Below, one piece after another: positions 13,459 to 25,899 of a DNA stretch of 64,000 nt. Position 1 is the first letter of the stretch; every line of letters starts with the position of its first letter. The notes below the pieces were generated by a model, which did not search any database, was not told the origin of the DNA, and saw nothing but the letters and a program-made list of their open reading frames with translations. The position numbers and the translations under genes were made by a program. Source of the DNA: Monocercomonoides exilis PA203 (lineage: Eukaryota; Protista; Preaxostyla); contig LSRY02000009.1 of the NCBI GenBank assembly GCA_001643675.2, positions 1,426,001-1,490,000 on the forward strand. The letters run 5' to 3'.

Positions 13459-15127
13459 TTTCATCTAAAAACAAAAAGATCACATTTGAGAAAATATTTA
13501 TTTCTGAGAAAACTGAAAACACAAGGTTATCAACAAATTGATATGAAACAAAAATTTTATTCTATTAATTTGTTGGATTAAACACCGTATTGTTCAATAT
13601 TCATTTATTTCGTCTTTTTTTAATTTTTATTTTTATAGGGTGGTCCTTTTTATTTTGCATATGGAATTAAAAATGAGTTAATAAATAATGGATTATCAAA
13701 AATTTTTGATGTGGGGGAAAATATTGACTTTTAAGATTTTTTTGCACAGGGCATTGAAAAATTGCTTCGCTTATAACTTTATTTCGCTTTCTCAGATTTT
13801 GAAATAATTTTAATTTTCATATCTGCAAACAGGTTTCGTTGAAATCATAACATAAAGTGTTGAGGCATTTTTCGTATGTCAAAAAAAGAAAACATTTTTA
13901 TTGTGTTTTTTTATTTCAAAAAGTTTATGAAAAGTGCATAATTTTTCAATGAAAATGAATGATGTGAAATATTTTGCACCATTTTTTCATAAATAAAAAA
14001 AATAGTTGTTCAATTTCTCATCTATATTTCGAACATTTTCTTAAAACAAGATATTAATTACTTTCTTTCATTCAGCCAATAATAAACTGATCTCAAAGTT
14101 TTGTTATCAAAAAAATACTCAATTTGATAAATATCGAATTATATGTTTAACAATTTTGAATAATAAGTTTCCCGTATTTGAATAACAAATGGACATAAAT
14201 AAAACAAAAATACATACGTTCATATAAATTTTTTCTAAAAATAAAAATAATTGCACAAATGTTGCTAAACATAGATTACATATTTTCAATCTCCAAGATC
14301 AAAAACAACTTCCCATAAAAGCTGAAGAAAACATTTGATTCAATTGAATGAATGTTCGACATAAATGCAAATGAAGCAAGAATCTTTAAAGATCCAAAAA
14401 ATTAAAAAATCCAACAACAACAAACAAACAGACAGACAGATAGACAGACAGACAGAAAGCGGAGTTCATTAATTTTTGGGAGCCATAAAAAGATATACGG
14501 TAAAACACATATAAAATTGATGATCTCACCAAATATTTTATGTTTTTTCGTAATTAAAACTGAACATTAAGGATGAAGTTTCTCAAAACAATAACAATGA
14601 TAAGAAGAATTTGAAAAAGAGTGTTTTTCATTTTTTGTCTTTATTTTTTCTCAGCTCGTTTGTCAACTTGTATGTATCTTGCAAAGAAAATAGAGTTGAG
14701 AATACAAGTTTTGTATTAACAGATGATTTTTTAATTATTTTCATTTCAAAAAATTATGGTACCAATTAAGAAAAATGTTCTTATAAAAAGATGATCATAA
14801 GACGTAGTAAAAGAATCTGAAAAGCAATTTTGTTCTTGTTTGCAAAACAAAAAATACATACGAAAATTTTGATTATCTTTTTGTCTATCAGTTTTGAGGC
14901 TTTTATTTTTTGTAATCATCCCTTTTTCTGAACGAAAATTTTTCAAAGGTTCGATTTTTCTGAATAGAAACAAATAATTAAAAAGAAAAAACATAATAAT
15001 TGTTTTAAAAAAACTTCAATTTTTGAGATCATATTCATTAAAAACAAATCTTCAAATGAAATTATGATTTTTCGAAGTTCATTTATCAATATTCAAAGTG
15101 AATTCTCTCACCAAACTTTTTGATATT

Positions 15128-15367
15128 GGGTAATTCTTTTTGAAAAGTTGCAAATGTTTTCTTTTCAAATAAATCAAAAATTTCCTATTTGGCTCAAATT
15201 TTCGTTGGCATACACCAAACTTCACTAATATGGAATCTATTTTAGGATAATGCTATTTCACACATTCTAAAGAAGATTCGTAAGTGGATACGAAAATTTG
15301 AACAAAATATGAAATTTTTGATTTATTGGAAAATTAAACATTTGCGACTTTTCAAAAAGAATTACCC
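15128..15367. mobile_element. MITE / foldback element, 240 bp, GGGTAATT termini
   Basis: GGGTAATTCTTTTTGAAAAGTYGCAAATGTTT is inverted at both ends, and imperfect pairing continues ~80 bp inward. Confidence 0.8.
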
Positions 15368-15432
15368 ATGTAGAAAATGTGGATATAAAAATTTTCACAT
15401 AAATGCATACACATATCATAAATGTTTGCAAC

Positions 15433-15793
15433 GGTGGATACTTTCAATTACTGTGGACAGTTACATTCTCTCAACAACCGTTGACAGTTGTTTTTTGATT
15501 ATAAACCCAATTATTCACTCAATGAACACAAACTAATATGAATTATAAAAATGACTTATGCAACACAGTGAAATTAAAAACAATTAATCAAAATTTTTGA
15601 AGAAACTCGGAAAAAAAAGATTCTCCGAAAAATAATAACAAAAATATTTTTTTCTTGGAGACAAGTTGTTGCATTTTTTTTGTGATTGAAAAGTTTATGT
15701 TCATTGAAGGAATAATTGAGTTAATTGAAAAAATGAAACTGCCAACGGTTATTGAGATTTCTCTGCTTTCCACAGTTATAAAAAGTGTCCACC
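15433..15793. mobile_element. MITE-like element, ~360 bp, imperfect ~100-bp TIRs (GGTGGAYACTTT)
   Basis: 15433-~15533 pairs imperfectly with ~15692-15793. No clear TSD. Confidence 0.65.
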
Positions 15794-15817
15794 ATTATTT
15801 TCACAAACAATAATCTT

Positions 15818-16217
15818 TTTCCTAATAGGCGGACACTTTCCTTATGTCAGGACAGCAGACTTTTCTCATCAGCGAATGATTGTTGAATAAAGATACTTTT
15901 CCACATCGCTTGTCAGGTGAATATGAGTACATGAAGCATTCTGAGAATACTTCATTCTTGTTCTTTCAATTTTCAAAATAATAAATTTTGTTTTTCGTAG
16001 AATATTGGAAAAACTTATGAGTTCGTGTTTATCCGAAAAACAAAATTAGTTTTTCGAAAAAAAAAAAGAATGCACAAGAATTCATCACTCTTGGAAAACT
16101 GCATGTACTCACATTCACCTGACAAGCGATGTGGAAAAGTATCTTTATTCAACAATCATTCGCTACAGAGAAAAGTCTTCTGTCCTGACATTAGGAAAGT
16201 GTCTGCCTATTAGGAAA
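15818..16217. mobile_element. MITE-like element, ~400 bp, ~115-bp TIRs
   Basis: TTTCCTAATAGGCGGACACTTTCC...GAGTACATG is inverted as CATGTACTC...GGAAAGTGTCTGCCTATTAGGAAA. The core GGCGGACACTTT resembles the neighbouring element's end. Confidence 0.8.
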
Positions 16218-16537
16218 GTGACAAAACAAATATTTTCATCACAAAAAAGAATAAATAACTCAACAAAAATATTTATCTTTGTATTTTGAAAAAATGTTTA
16301 AAAAAGATAAAAAATTCCTTTCTAAATTAAAAATCAAATATTGAAAATATCATATTTTTGAGCTATATGTCAAAATTTTTTTGAAAAGTTCCACGACTTT
16401 TATTTTGTCCCACAAAAGATCAAAAATGATCAATATATATTGAACATTCCGTACCCATTCTAGTTTGAAAATGTTATTTGTTGTTATTTATTTCGCTTTT
16501 AATTGAAAAATAGGATACAAAATTGTTCATATCATAT

Positions 16538-19500
16538 GGGTGATTTTTTTTGACATCATAAAAAAAGATCAAAAATCAAAAAAATTAATTCTATTGTGGT
16601 ATTTATTGATCAAAGAGTCAAATTGATTTTTCATGTATATTGAGCTTTCATTTCTGTTATATATATTAGTTTTATTTTAATATGCAGAAAATCATACCTT
16701 TTTTATACTTTTGGTGAAAAAGAATTTTTAAGATAAAGTTTTTTAAAAATTAGCATAAAGTAAATAAATGAAACTTCAGAAAAAAAATAGAAGTTTTTCA
16801 ACTTTTCAAACAGTACTTATAAATAAAAATTAAATAGACATATATAACTGTATATAATTTGTTTATTTTAAATTTTATGAAACGTGTTTAATATTTATTG
16901 AGCTGAATCATCATTACGAAGTTCATGCTCCAGCAGTTCAGTTCAACGACTTTTAAAGACAATAAGCGAAATGGAGGCACAACAACAAACGATGATAACA
17001 ATAGAGTCAATCTCGACTTTTCTTTCATAATTCTTCTTATGAAATGATTTCCTAATTTTCTTCTCCATTAGCTGCCCGTCTTTCTTCCGTTTCTACTCCA
17101 TTTCATTTCAATCCCCCATTTGAAAATGTTGTCCATTTTGACTTCTTTAATCTCCAATGATTTCATAATTAATCTTTCATTGTACAGCTTTATCGCTTCT
17201 CAAACGAAAAAATAGAACTTGTGAAGCTTTTTCCGCAAATTCGCTTCGTTCATTTTCTTTATTTTCTTATCCTCTCAGCCATCCCCCTCTTCCTCGACCA
17301 CTCCTTCATCATCAGTCTCATCTTTTGCAACCTCTGAATATTCAACCTCACCTCCCTCACAAACACCTTCTCCCTCGACTTCTTTAACAGTTCCAACTGC
17401 ACCATGAACAGCATCATCTTGACGCATAGAAACCAGAAAACTTCCTCAGGCGAACGCTTTCCTTTACGTAAAAATAAGCCTGATCTGTGTGATGGAAGAG
17501 GTGACCGAAGGAAGAAGAAGAGGAGGAGGAAGAGGAAGGAGAGGAAGAAGACGATGATGAAAGAGAAGAAGAAAAAGAACAAGAAGAAGAAAGAAGAAAA
17601 AGAAAGAAGAAGAAGAAGAAAGAAGAAGAAAGAAGAAGACGAAGTTAGAAAAAGCATATTTTACCAATAAAAATGATAGAAATATTTTTTGTTATTCATT
17701 CTATTGCAAGTTACAAACGTATATGTCAATGGAAATGCTGAGGAAGAACAAGAAACAGGAAGATCCTTCAATTTTTGAGCTGACAGAAGCATAGTCTTTC
17801 TCATTAATCTCTCAAAATGTTCCGATTCATCAGATTTTGGAAACATTTTCACTTGTCTCTTTCGGAATCTTCGCTTTGAACAAAGGAATATTCAAGTTAT
17901 TCTCAAACTTTGAGAGATGTTCTTCTTCCACACATTCTATTTGTTCTTCTTTCTTCTTTTTCATCTTTCTTCAAGTGGAGCAGCGTGGAGATCTGCTTCG
18001 CCATTCAGGAGGCGAAGAAGCGAAGAGAAAAAGGTGACAGGAGATAATAAGCAATCTTCATCTTCATCATTAGTGCATGCGATTGACCCTTCGTGTGCGA
18101 AGGTCTTGTCAGCAACATGCACGTGAGCATCAGTAATTGACGATATCGAAAGGCGGCTGAGGTGAATTTGAGTTGCATGCAGCTGTCGCTGCTGCTATTG
18201 TCGCCACGGGTATATGATGTGGTAATTTGCAATATGCTGAGTTAGGTTGTTGCGCATCCCTGCTATGTGATGCTTTGGAAATGCTTTCTGTTTTGCATTA
18301 GGAGCAGATTCTTTCGTTGACTGCTTCGATGTGAATTGTATTGGAGAGCAAATATTTGTTCTTCAATGGATGAGAATGAGTTCTTTGAGGTTATAATCTG
18401 TTTATCCCTTTGCTGCTTCAATCTGCGATAGTGTTGATGGAGCTTTTGTCATTGCATCCGATGCGTTTTTTTATGACGATAGACTACGAGGTGATTTGGA
18501 AAGGGATCACACAATCTTTTGAGAGGAAGAAGCTGAGGAGAGGGCGATGAAGAAGATCGGGTTGACAATGGAGGATGTGGTTCTGTCACCAGCAGCGATT
18601 GCTCCTGCAGTACTTGAGGAACAAGAAGAGGCAGAAGAGGATAAGGAGGAAAAAGATGATGAGAAGGAAGAAGATGAAGAAAGAAGAAATGGGAAATAGA
18701 AGTGAATGAAGATGATGTGCTTGCAGAAGCAAATGTTGAGAAATTGAATGGCGTTTCAATTATTTTCTGCTGAATCCTTCTTCGGTTTTTGATAACAGAC
18801 AGAAAATCTGAGCAAAGCGTGGTTAGAATCGTTACAGGCTTATTCTTCTCTTTTGTTGTTTTCATCTTTTCTTTTGCTCCTCTTTCTTTCTGAGCCTTTC
18901 TAATGTCTTTGTCAAATCCATCTTCTTCTTCTTCCTCTTCCTCCTCCTCTTCTTCATCTTTCTCATTATCTATACATTTATCTGACAGACGCATTGAACC
19001 CTTTTCATCTTTATCACTCACAAACTCATTTGCACTCCTCTTCTCATCCTTCTTCTCTCTCTTCCCTTCCTTCCTCTCCTTCTCATAACCCATCAAAAAC
19101 CACTTACTTGCCACATGAGCTGTGTGGTTCAGAAGGATGCTCTGCGACTCAAACACATCCCTCGTCGCTGACACGCTGCTGCTTGTCAACGCTTCTCCAT
19201 TGTCAAATCTGATCTTCCTAAGAATCACACAAAGGATAGGTTGCGACAAGGAAGAAACAGATAAAGGAGAGGAAGAAGGTGATATGTTCGATGTGTTATG
19301 GGACTTCTGTGTTAGCGAAGAGGAGTCTGAGGCGGGAGATGATGGAGCATATGGCTTTGGCGGATTTCCCACAACAACAGAACTGATAGACAATTCAGCG
19401 TGTCACAAAGGAGAAAAAATAGGAGTCGCAAATATCGAAGAGGTTGTCATATTTTGAGTGCGCAGCTGGGCAGACGAGAGTGAGCTGTCGAATGAGCAGG

Positions 19501-21854
19501 ATATCTGCTACTGTTCATCTTTATCATTATCTCCTTCTTCTCTTCCCCTGTCCCTCCTCCTCCTTACTGCTGCTGCCTGTGCAAACCTTGTGTCGAAAGC
19601 ATCAATTTGCGATGTTCAAAACTCGTCTTTCTCCTTCGCCTTCGTCTTCGCCTTTGGCTCTTCCAACTGCTTCCCTTTCTTCTGCTCTGAGCTTAACTTG
19701 CTCCTGAAATCCACCTTTTTTGCCTCTTCCATTTGAACATGTACTTCATTCTCTTCGCTTCTTGGCGGTATTGTTTCGCGAGAGGATGAACGCAATGTGC
19801 CTTGAAGCTCCTTCCCTCTTCCACTGCCATTTCTCGTGAGATGCCAATTCGCCTCATTCACCCTGTTTTGCACAGCCGGAGCGCGGAAGCCGTATGAAGT
19901 GCTGAAGCGGAGCGGAATGCGCCTCTGGGGAAGAGGAAAACAGTTCAAATGCACATTCAGTGAAGCTGCAGAATGCATTGATTGCGATGATAGTGATGTT
20001 AAGAGAATAGAAACCGAAATAAATAACTTTTGGTTTGAAAAGTTGCTCGACCAAATTGAATGAAATAAATGAATCAGAAGATCAATGTTCTTGTCCATCA
20101 CGAAGTGAGATGAGGCACAAAAGAAGAATGCAGAGAAGAGATGATTGAGAAATCTGAAATTTGTCGAATGATATTTCTGACGAAGATTACTTGACTTCAT
20201 ATGATGTTATCGAATGAATGCAATGCTTAATTTAACAAGTTTATTTCGCAACGAAATAAAAAACCCAAATTGCAAATATAATGGCTGACGTTATGTTTTT
20301 AATCAAAAAAGCTTGATTCCTTCAAAGTCATTTGTCTTCTTTCCGTGACTTCCTCTCCTTTCGCTTCAAAAATAGAAAATGAATACACCTCCCAATTTCT
20401 TTTCCTTTCCATTTTTCCATCATCCAATCAGCTCACAATATTCTCTGAAAATATCAATCCCATCCTTTTCTTCATCTTTCCCATTCTCTTCCATAAAATA
20501 TTCTTCTCCTCTCAAAAAATATCCCTCTTCCTATCAAACACTTCAGAATATTCTTCTTCTTTCCCGCTTTTGACCTCTTTTCCTTTTTTTCAAATTCCAT
20601 TTCTCCAATCACCAATCAGTCCTCTTTCATCATCTCCAACCACTTCTCTACATATTTACTATATTATCTTCTCCAAATCTCCACCTATTCTTTCTCCACC
20701 CCTTGGTCTCAGAATTTCTTTCATTCAAAAGCCCCTCTTGAAATATTAACATTCCATAAAATACTCAACTCCCATCCCCTGCCACAAATAATATTCTTCC
20801 ATCTCTTCTCTGCCCCATATTCCTCCTGTGCAATGTGTTGATGAGATAGACATCAAATACTTCTTTTGGTGGTTGAGAATATTATTAAAGGAGATGATCA
20901 TTTCTGAAACAGAAAAATACACCTCTGGACATCCACTGCACTGCAGATGGGCTGAGAAGACCCTCCAATGAGATACACGATGTATTTTGTGGAGATGCAT
21001 TCAGTGCTGCAATTTGACCATTCTGAGACTGAAATGGTGAGATTGATTTATTTTTGGAATGATGATGGCTGTGGAAATGTGCATGATGGCAAAAAACAGT
21101 CGAAGGGCAGTTTGGTATTATTTATTTTTCTATAGATGAATATTTATCTGTTGAATGTTTTTGTGTAGTTTACAGGCAGGAGGTGGAAATGAATGAAAAT
21201 GAATGAAAGCGGGATTTCTCGTTGTACAAGGTGACCATTGAGAAGGGGCAGCGTATTCATACGGAAAGTGCCAAAGGTGAAAGGATTTGGAAGAAAATTA
21301 AAGATATTAAATTTTGAAAAGAACCAGAACGCTTTGAATTGAGAAAGATGGATATAAAACAGCAAACACAAATATGGCACATTTCAGAAAAGCAAGAAAT
21401 CGATGCATTTGATGGGGAAATGACTTCTGAAAAGAATTGTTGACGAACATGATAATGAAACGCTTGAAAATTGAATGTTTTCGTTTTATATTTTTCGATT
21501 TCAACTTATCTTATTCTATTCTTTTTCAATAACATTGTTTTACGAATTTTTGCTTAAGATATTGATTGATGACGTATTGTTATTATTGTTATCATGTTTT
21601 ATTAACGATTAAGCAAGTATCTTGTTCTATTTATTAAATTCTCGATATTTTCAAATAATTATTTATTTTTTTTTGAAATAAATAACAAAAACAATTGGAA
21701 ACAAATTAATATCAACAAATAATAAATAATAACTATATATTAATGAATATTATCGTATAATTAAACAAAAATATTTTCTTTTCAACATAACCCTTAATTA
21801 AATTTGTTTTTGATCAGACGTCGAAATTTTTTATGATATCAAAAAAAATCACCC
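16538..21854. mobile_element. Putative non-autonomous 5.3-kb TIR element with ATAT flanks, enclosing decayed host fragments
   Basis: 28-bp TIR GGGTGATTTTTTTTGAYATCATAAAAAA (1 mismatch). ATAT at 16534-16537 and 21855-21858. No recognisable transposase inside. Confidence 0.7.
18000..20100 (+). pseudogene. Decayed member of a dispersed unknown gene family (DIERRL motif)
   Basis: ~18140-18385 aligns by eye with ~25980-26250 and with the reverse complement of ~40170-40390. Multiple stops. Extent is approximate. Confidence 0.45.
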
Positions 21855-21886
21855 ATATAAACTTTTAACTTTATTATGAAATACAC

Positions 21887-24800
21887 TAGACCTGTGCGAC
21901 AAGTGGCTAAATTTGTCAGTAACAGACACAGGTGACCGACAGGTCAATTATTACTGATCACAACCATTATTTTTTTTATTATTTTCATTTTTGGGAGTAT
22001 TTTTTCGAATATAAAAATAAAATGTTTTAATGATTTTTTTTTCAAATAATTGACAGAATGTTTCATGTTCCAACAAAAATTTCAAATTTTGTTGGAACAT
22101 GGCAGGAAATATTTGGTTCAACAAAATGAAATAAAGAAAGTAAACTGAAAGAGAAGAAAAGAAATCAATAGAATTTTTATCTTTGTCGAAAATGATCAAA
22201 AATATTTGATAAAGAAATATATAATATTTTTTGCAATATTTTTGAAAATTCAATTAATCAAATTTACCAAAATATAATTTTCACTGACATGATCCGTGAA
22301 ACAAGGAATTAAATATGCCACTGGATGTCACTTCTGTCACTGACAGTCAGTCTTGTCAATGAAATAAACACGCTCAAAAAAGATACAGAACAACAAAATA
22401 ACTTGCCGAGCTTGTGAAATGTTCAAGATTTCATTTTTTCATCTATTGCAACCATAACTTTTTATTTGATATCTTGTTGTCCTTCTTTTTAAAAGCAAAA
22501 AGCATATACATATTCAAAAAATATCTGAAAAATGCATGTGTGAAGACATTTTCTTTAAACGATTGTTTGAAGATGGATATATTTGTCAATTTCATTATTT
22601 CATTAATTTTTTTTTGTTTGACTCATTTTTCAATTTTCTTCATGTGATGCGATTTTATCCTTGAAAATGCATATCTTATTTTATTATGAAAACATGTCTT
22701 TCTAAGTTTTTGAATGTTCGTTCCGGATCTTTTTCGAAATAAAGGATGAAATTCTTATTTTTTAAATGGAAGAAAAAAGCATTATCAATGACTTAATGGA
22801 GCATTTGAACAAGTGATGAAGATAAAAGTGTGTGCAGCCCTTGGACAAAGAAATCGAACAAATTCACTCATATGCAATAAGTGGGCAGAGTTTATTCTAT
22901 TAGTTGAACAGAAAGCGCTGAATTTTAATCATAAAAATGTGTGTCATTCTAAGAAATTAATGACATAATGATCAATCAATACTTGCTAGGAGAATTCTGA
23001 TTTTATTATATTTTTTTTTGATTGCTGGAAAATTGATATTTAAACAGAACATTCATTCAACTTCTCAGAATTCTTCACGAATGCAACACGATTCATGTTT
23101 GCTTGATATTTTATTCACATAGCTTATCATCCTCGATATAATTTTTCTTTCTTTGCACTCTCCATTCTTATGCAATGTGAAAATAAACAGATTCTATGAA
23201 AATAAATGGAAAGATTTAAAGAAATAATTTCAATTGAAAAGAATTGAGAAAAACCAGTATAAAAGAATGAAATTTTTTAAAAGGAGAAGACGAAAGGCAG
23301 CTGGAAGTTATGAAAGAAAAATGAAGGATGGAATTCATTATTTTTTCCCCCGAAACGTGGAAGCAACAAATTTCTTGTAGATGTTTACTGAAGAAGAAAA
23401 GAATTGCGTGGAATAATCTTCAGAGCAATTTTCTCTATATATTACTGTGATTGGGTTTCACTTCATTCTTTAAAGAAATTATTATAAATAAAAAAACATT
23501 CTCAAACCATCAAGCGCATGTTTTCAATTTTGTGAAATGAACAAGAAAGAAGACATTTTTGAGTCAAAAAATAAAATGAAATAGATCTGGTCAAACATTC
23601 ACAAAATGATAAGAAATTTTCAATAACAAATCATCAATATTATTTTCTTCGTTAAAAAATCGAATCAATTCTCGGATGCAAGCTACGATATCTTCGCATC
23701 CTTCTTCTGTCATCTTTTCAAAATACTTCATTTTTGTTTCCTTTCTTTTCTCTTCCTTCATTTTGTCTTTCTCCTCTTCTTTCAATCCACTTGAAATTTT
23801 CAAAAAAAACTTCAATCCATTAAATGTCATTCCGTCATCCAACGTTGGCTGCTGAATCCCCTCAAAAACAGCATCAACAGCTCTGCCTTTCAACAGGTCT
23901 TCAACTTGCACACCTTCACTTTTTGCTGCTTCAATTATATAAATGCACTGCTAGTTGATTTCTTTGTATTTGATTCTTGATACTCCATGCACTCTTTCAA
24001 CGCTGCTGAAAGATATAATAAATTCTTCATTCCATGATCAGTAATAGCAAAAATAATCTTCCAATGCCTAAAGCCATCTCATCAAAGCAAGCTCTTCTTT
24101 TGTCTCTTTTCCCTCTTTCTCCGCTTCCTTCTCTCTCTTCCAATCCGCACCCTTCACCGACTCTTCCAACTCTCTTTCTCCCTCACGCACAAAATGCAGC
24201 TCATTCACAATCACTCCCACAAAGCTGCTGTTATTGAATAATCTTTTGATAAAAAACAGCCAAGCGAACTGATAAGCAAGTTATGTCAGATTGTGATACT
24301 CCTGATGATTTGTGTTATCTCATTTAAATACAGCTCTTTTTTGATTTCCCAATCAGAGTCATATAAAAAAAATCAAATCGAAAAATAAGAAATATCAAAA
24401 ATGAGAAAGAAGTGCTCAAACGTGACATCCAATGTTGCTCAATACCTGCAATGCTATTTCCACTTCATTTTGAATCTCCTCGTTTTCCTCTTTCTTCGAT
24501 CCAACTTTCAGCAGACTGCGCACACAGACAGAAATCGATTCCAACGAAATTCTTACATTCAGAAAAACACAGCATTCGCTGATATCAACAGGAAGCTTTT
24601 CATTTTTCCCATTCTTTTCCTTTTTTTCTTCTTCAATAATCATCTTATGCAATCTTTTGCCCAGAGAAGATCTTTTTAAGAATAGATTCCATACATTTTT
24701 CAGCTTGATGCAACATCCAATGTGCTTCAGCAATACAAACGCATTTTCCAAACACATTTCCTTTTCTTCAATCATTTTGTTTATTTTATCAAACGATTCT

Positions 24801-25311
24801 GCCTTGAAAATGGATCTGAATTCTTCCTTATTCATTCCATGAACAATTTCATTCATTTCTTCGATCTTCTGCTTCTGTTCAGCCTCAGTGCAATGCTCAA
24901 GCTCAAGATTCAATTCCGAATAAAAAACAAGGAAAGAAATGCAATAACCATGAATTCAAAAGCAATAATGAATCCAAACCATTGAATTTTTATTTGGAAT
25001 ATATCTTTCGCATTTTCATCATTGATTTCATTCAGGAAACGATATAATTTCTTCATAAATGTTGTATTTGAACATGCTTGGATTTAATGAATTAAAGAAA
25101 AGTCGAATCAAAAATTGCTCATGACAACATTTGTGTTAGCACTTCTTATTAAAAGATAAATATGATTCACAACACATTAGTTGTAAAATAATGTTTTATG
25201 AATCTGTTCATGTAATAATGGATTGAACGATCAATGATATAAAAAAAGAAATATTTGAAATAAAATTTAATTGAATTGTTTCATGCGAAAAAAGCGATTT
25301 TGTGACATAAA

Positions 25312-25344
<33 letters not shown>

Positions 25345-25390
25345 GTGACCGACAGCAACAAAAATTTGCATGTCGTGTCGCACAGGTCTA
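21887..25390. mobile_element. Non-autonomous hAT-like element (3504 bp) enclosing a host gene copy
   Basis: Perfect 15-bp TIR TAGACCTGTGCGACA; 8-bp TSD AAATACAC (21879-21886, 25391-25398); subterminal GTGACCGACAG near both ends; no transposase. Confidence 0.88.
23591..24985 (-). pseudogene. Cargo: decayed copy of an expanded ~400-aa alpha-helical protein family
   Basis: EQKQKIEEMNE, EVEIALQVLSNI and KMTEEGCEDI motifs are shared with 43874-45225 and 52680-54002. The middle part is frameshifted. Confidence 0.75.
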
Positions 25391-25899
25391 AAATACACAC
25401 TTGCTAGCAACTGCTATCGAGCTATTTGAATCAAGTGAGTTGCATGTTTTGATTTCTTCATTTTCATTTCATCTTTTCGAATATTCTTTATGATTTTATG
25501 AACAGGAGCTGAGATTTTTTTATTTTCCTTTTTGAAAGATAAATAATATTTGATTTGCTTGAATAATTGAATTTTTTTAAGAAATTTTCAAACAAGAAAA
25601 ATACATCAAAACGACACTCGTAACAATCGAAAGATATTCGAAAAGTTGAATGTATTGAGCGATAATAAATGTTATCATCCAGATATGCAACATGAAATGT
25701 TATTATTCAAAACAAATCTTCATTGTTACAAACTCAAAAATACAATCTCTTCTCTTATAAAGATTCAAAAAGTTTGTATCAAACAACTTGTTTTCATATC
25801 AGCACGTGTTGTTTTCTTCGTCTATTTCACAGTTCTGGAAGCGGAGAAGAGAAGAGAAGAAGGCTGGATGGGACAAGCAGCCAGTATGCTCTTCATCTT

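Noticed and set aside
18449-19393. 314-aa minus-strand ORF as a gene
   Set aside because: Low complexity, no motifs, and lies within decayed mosaic DNA.
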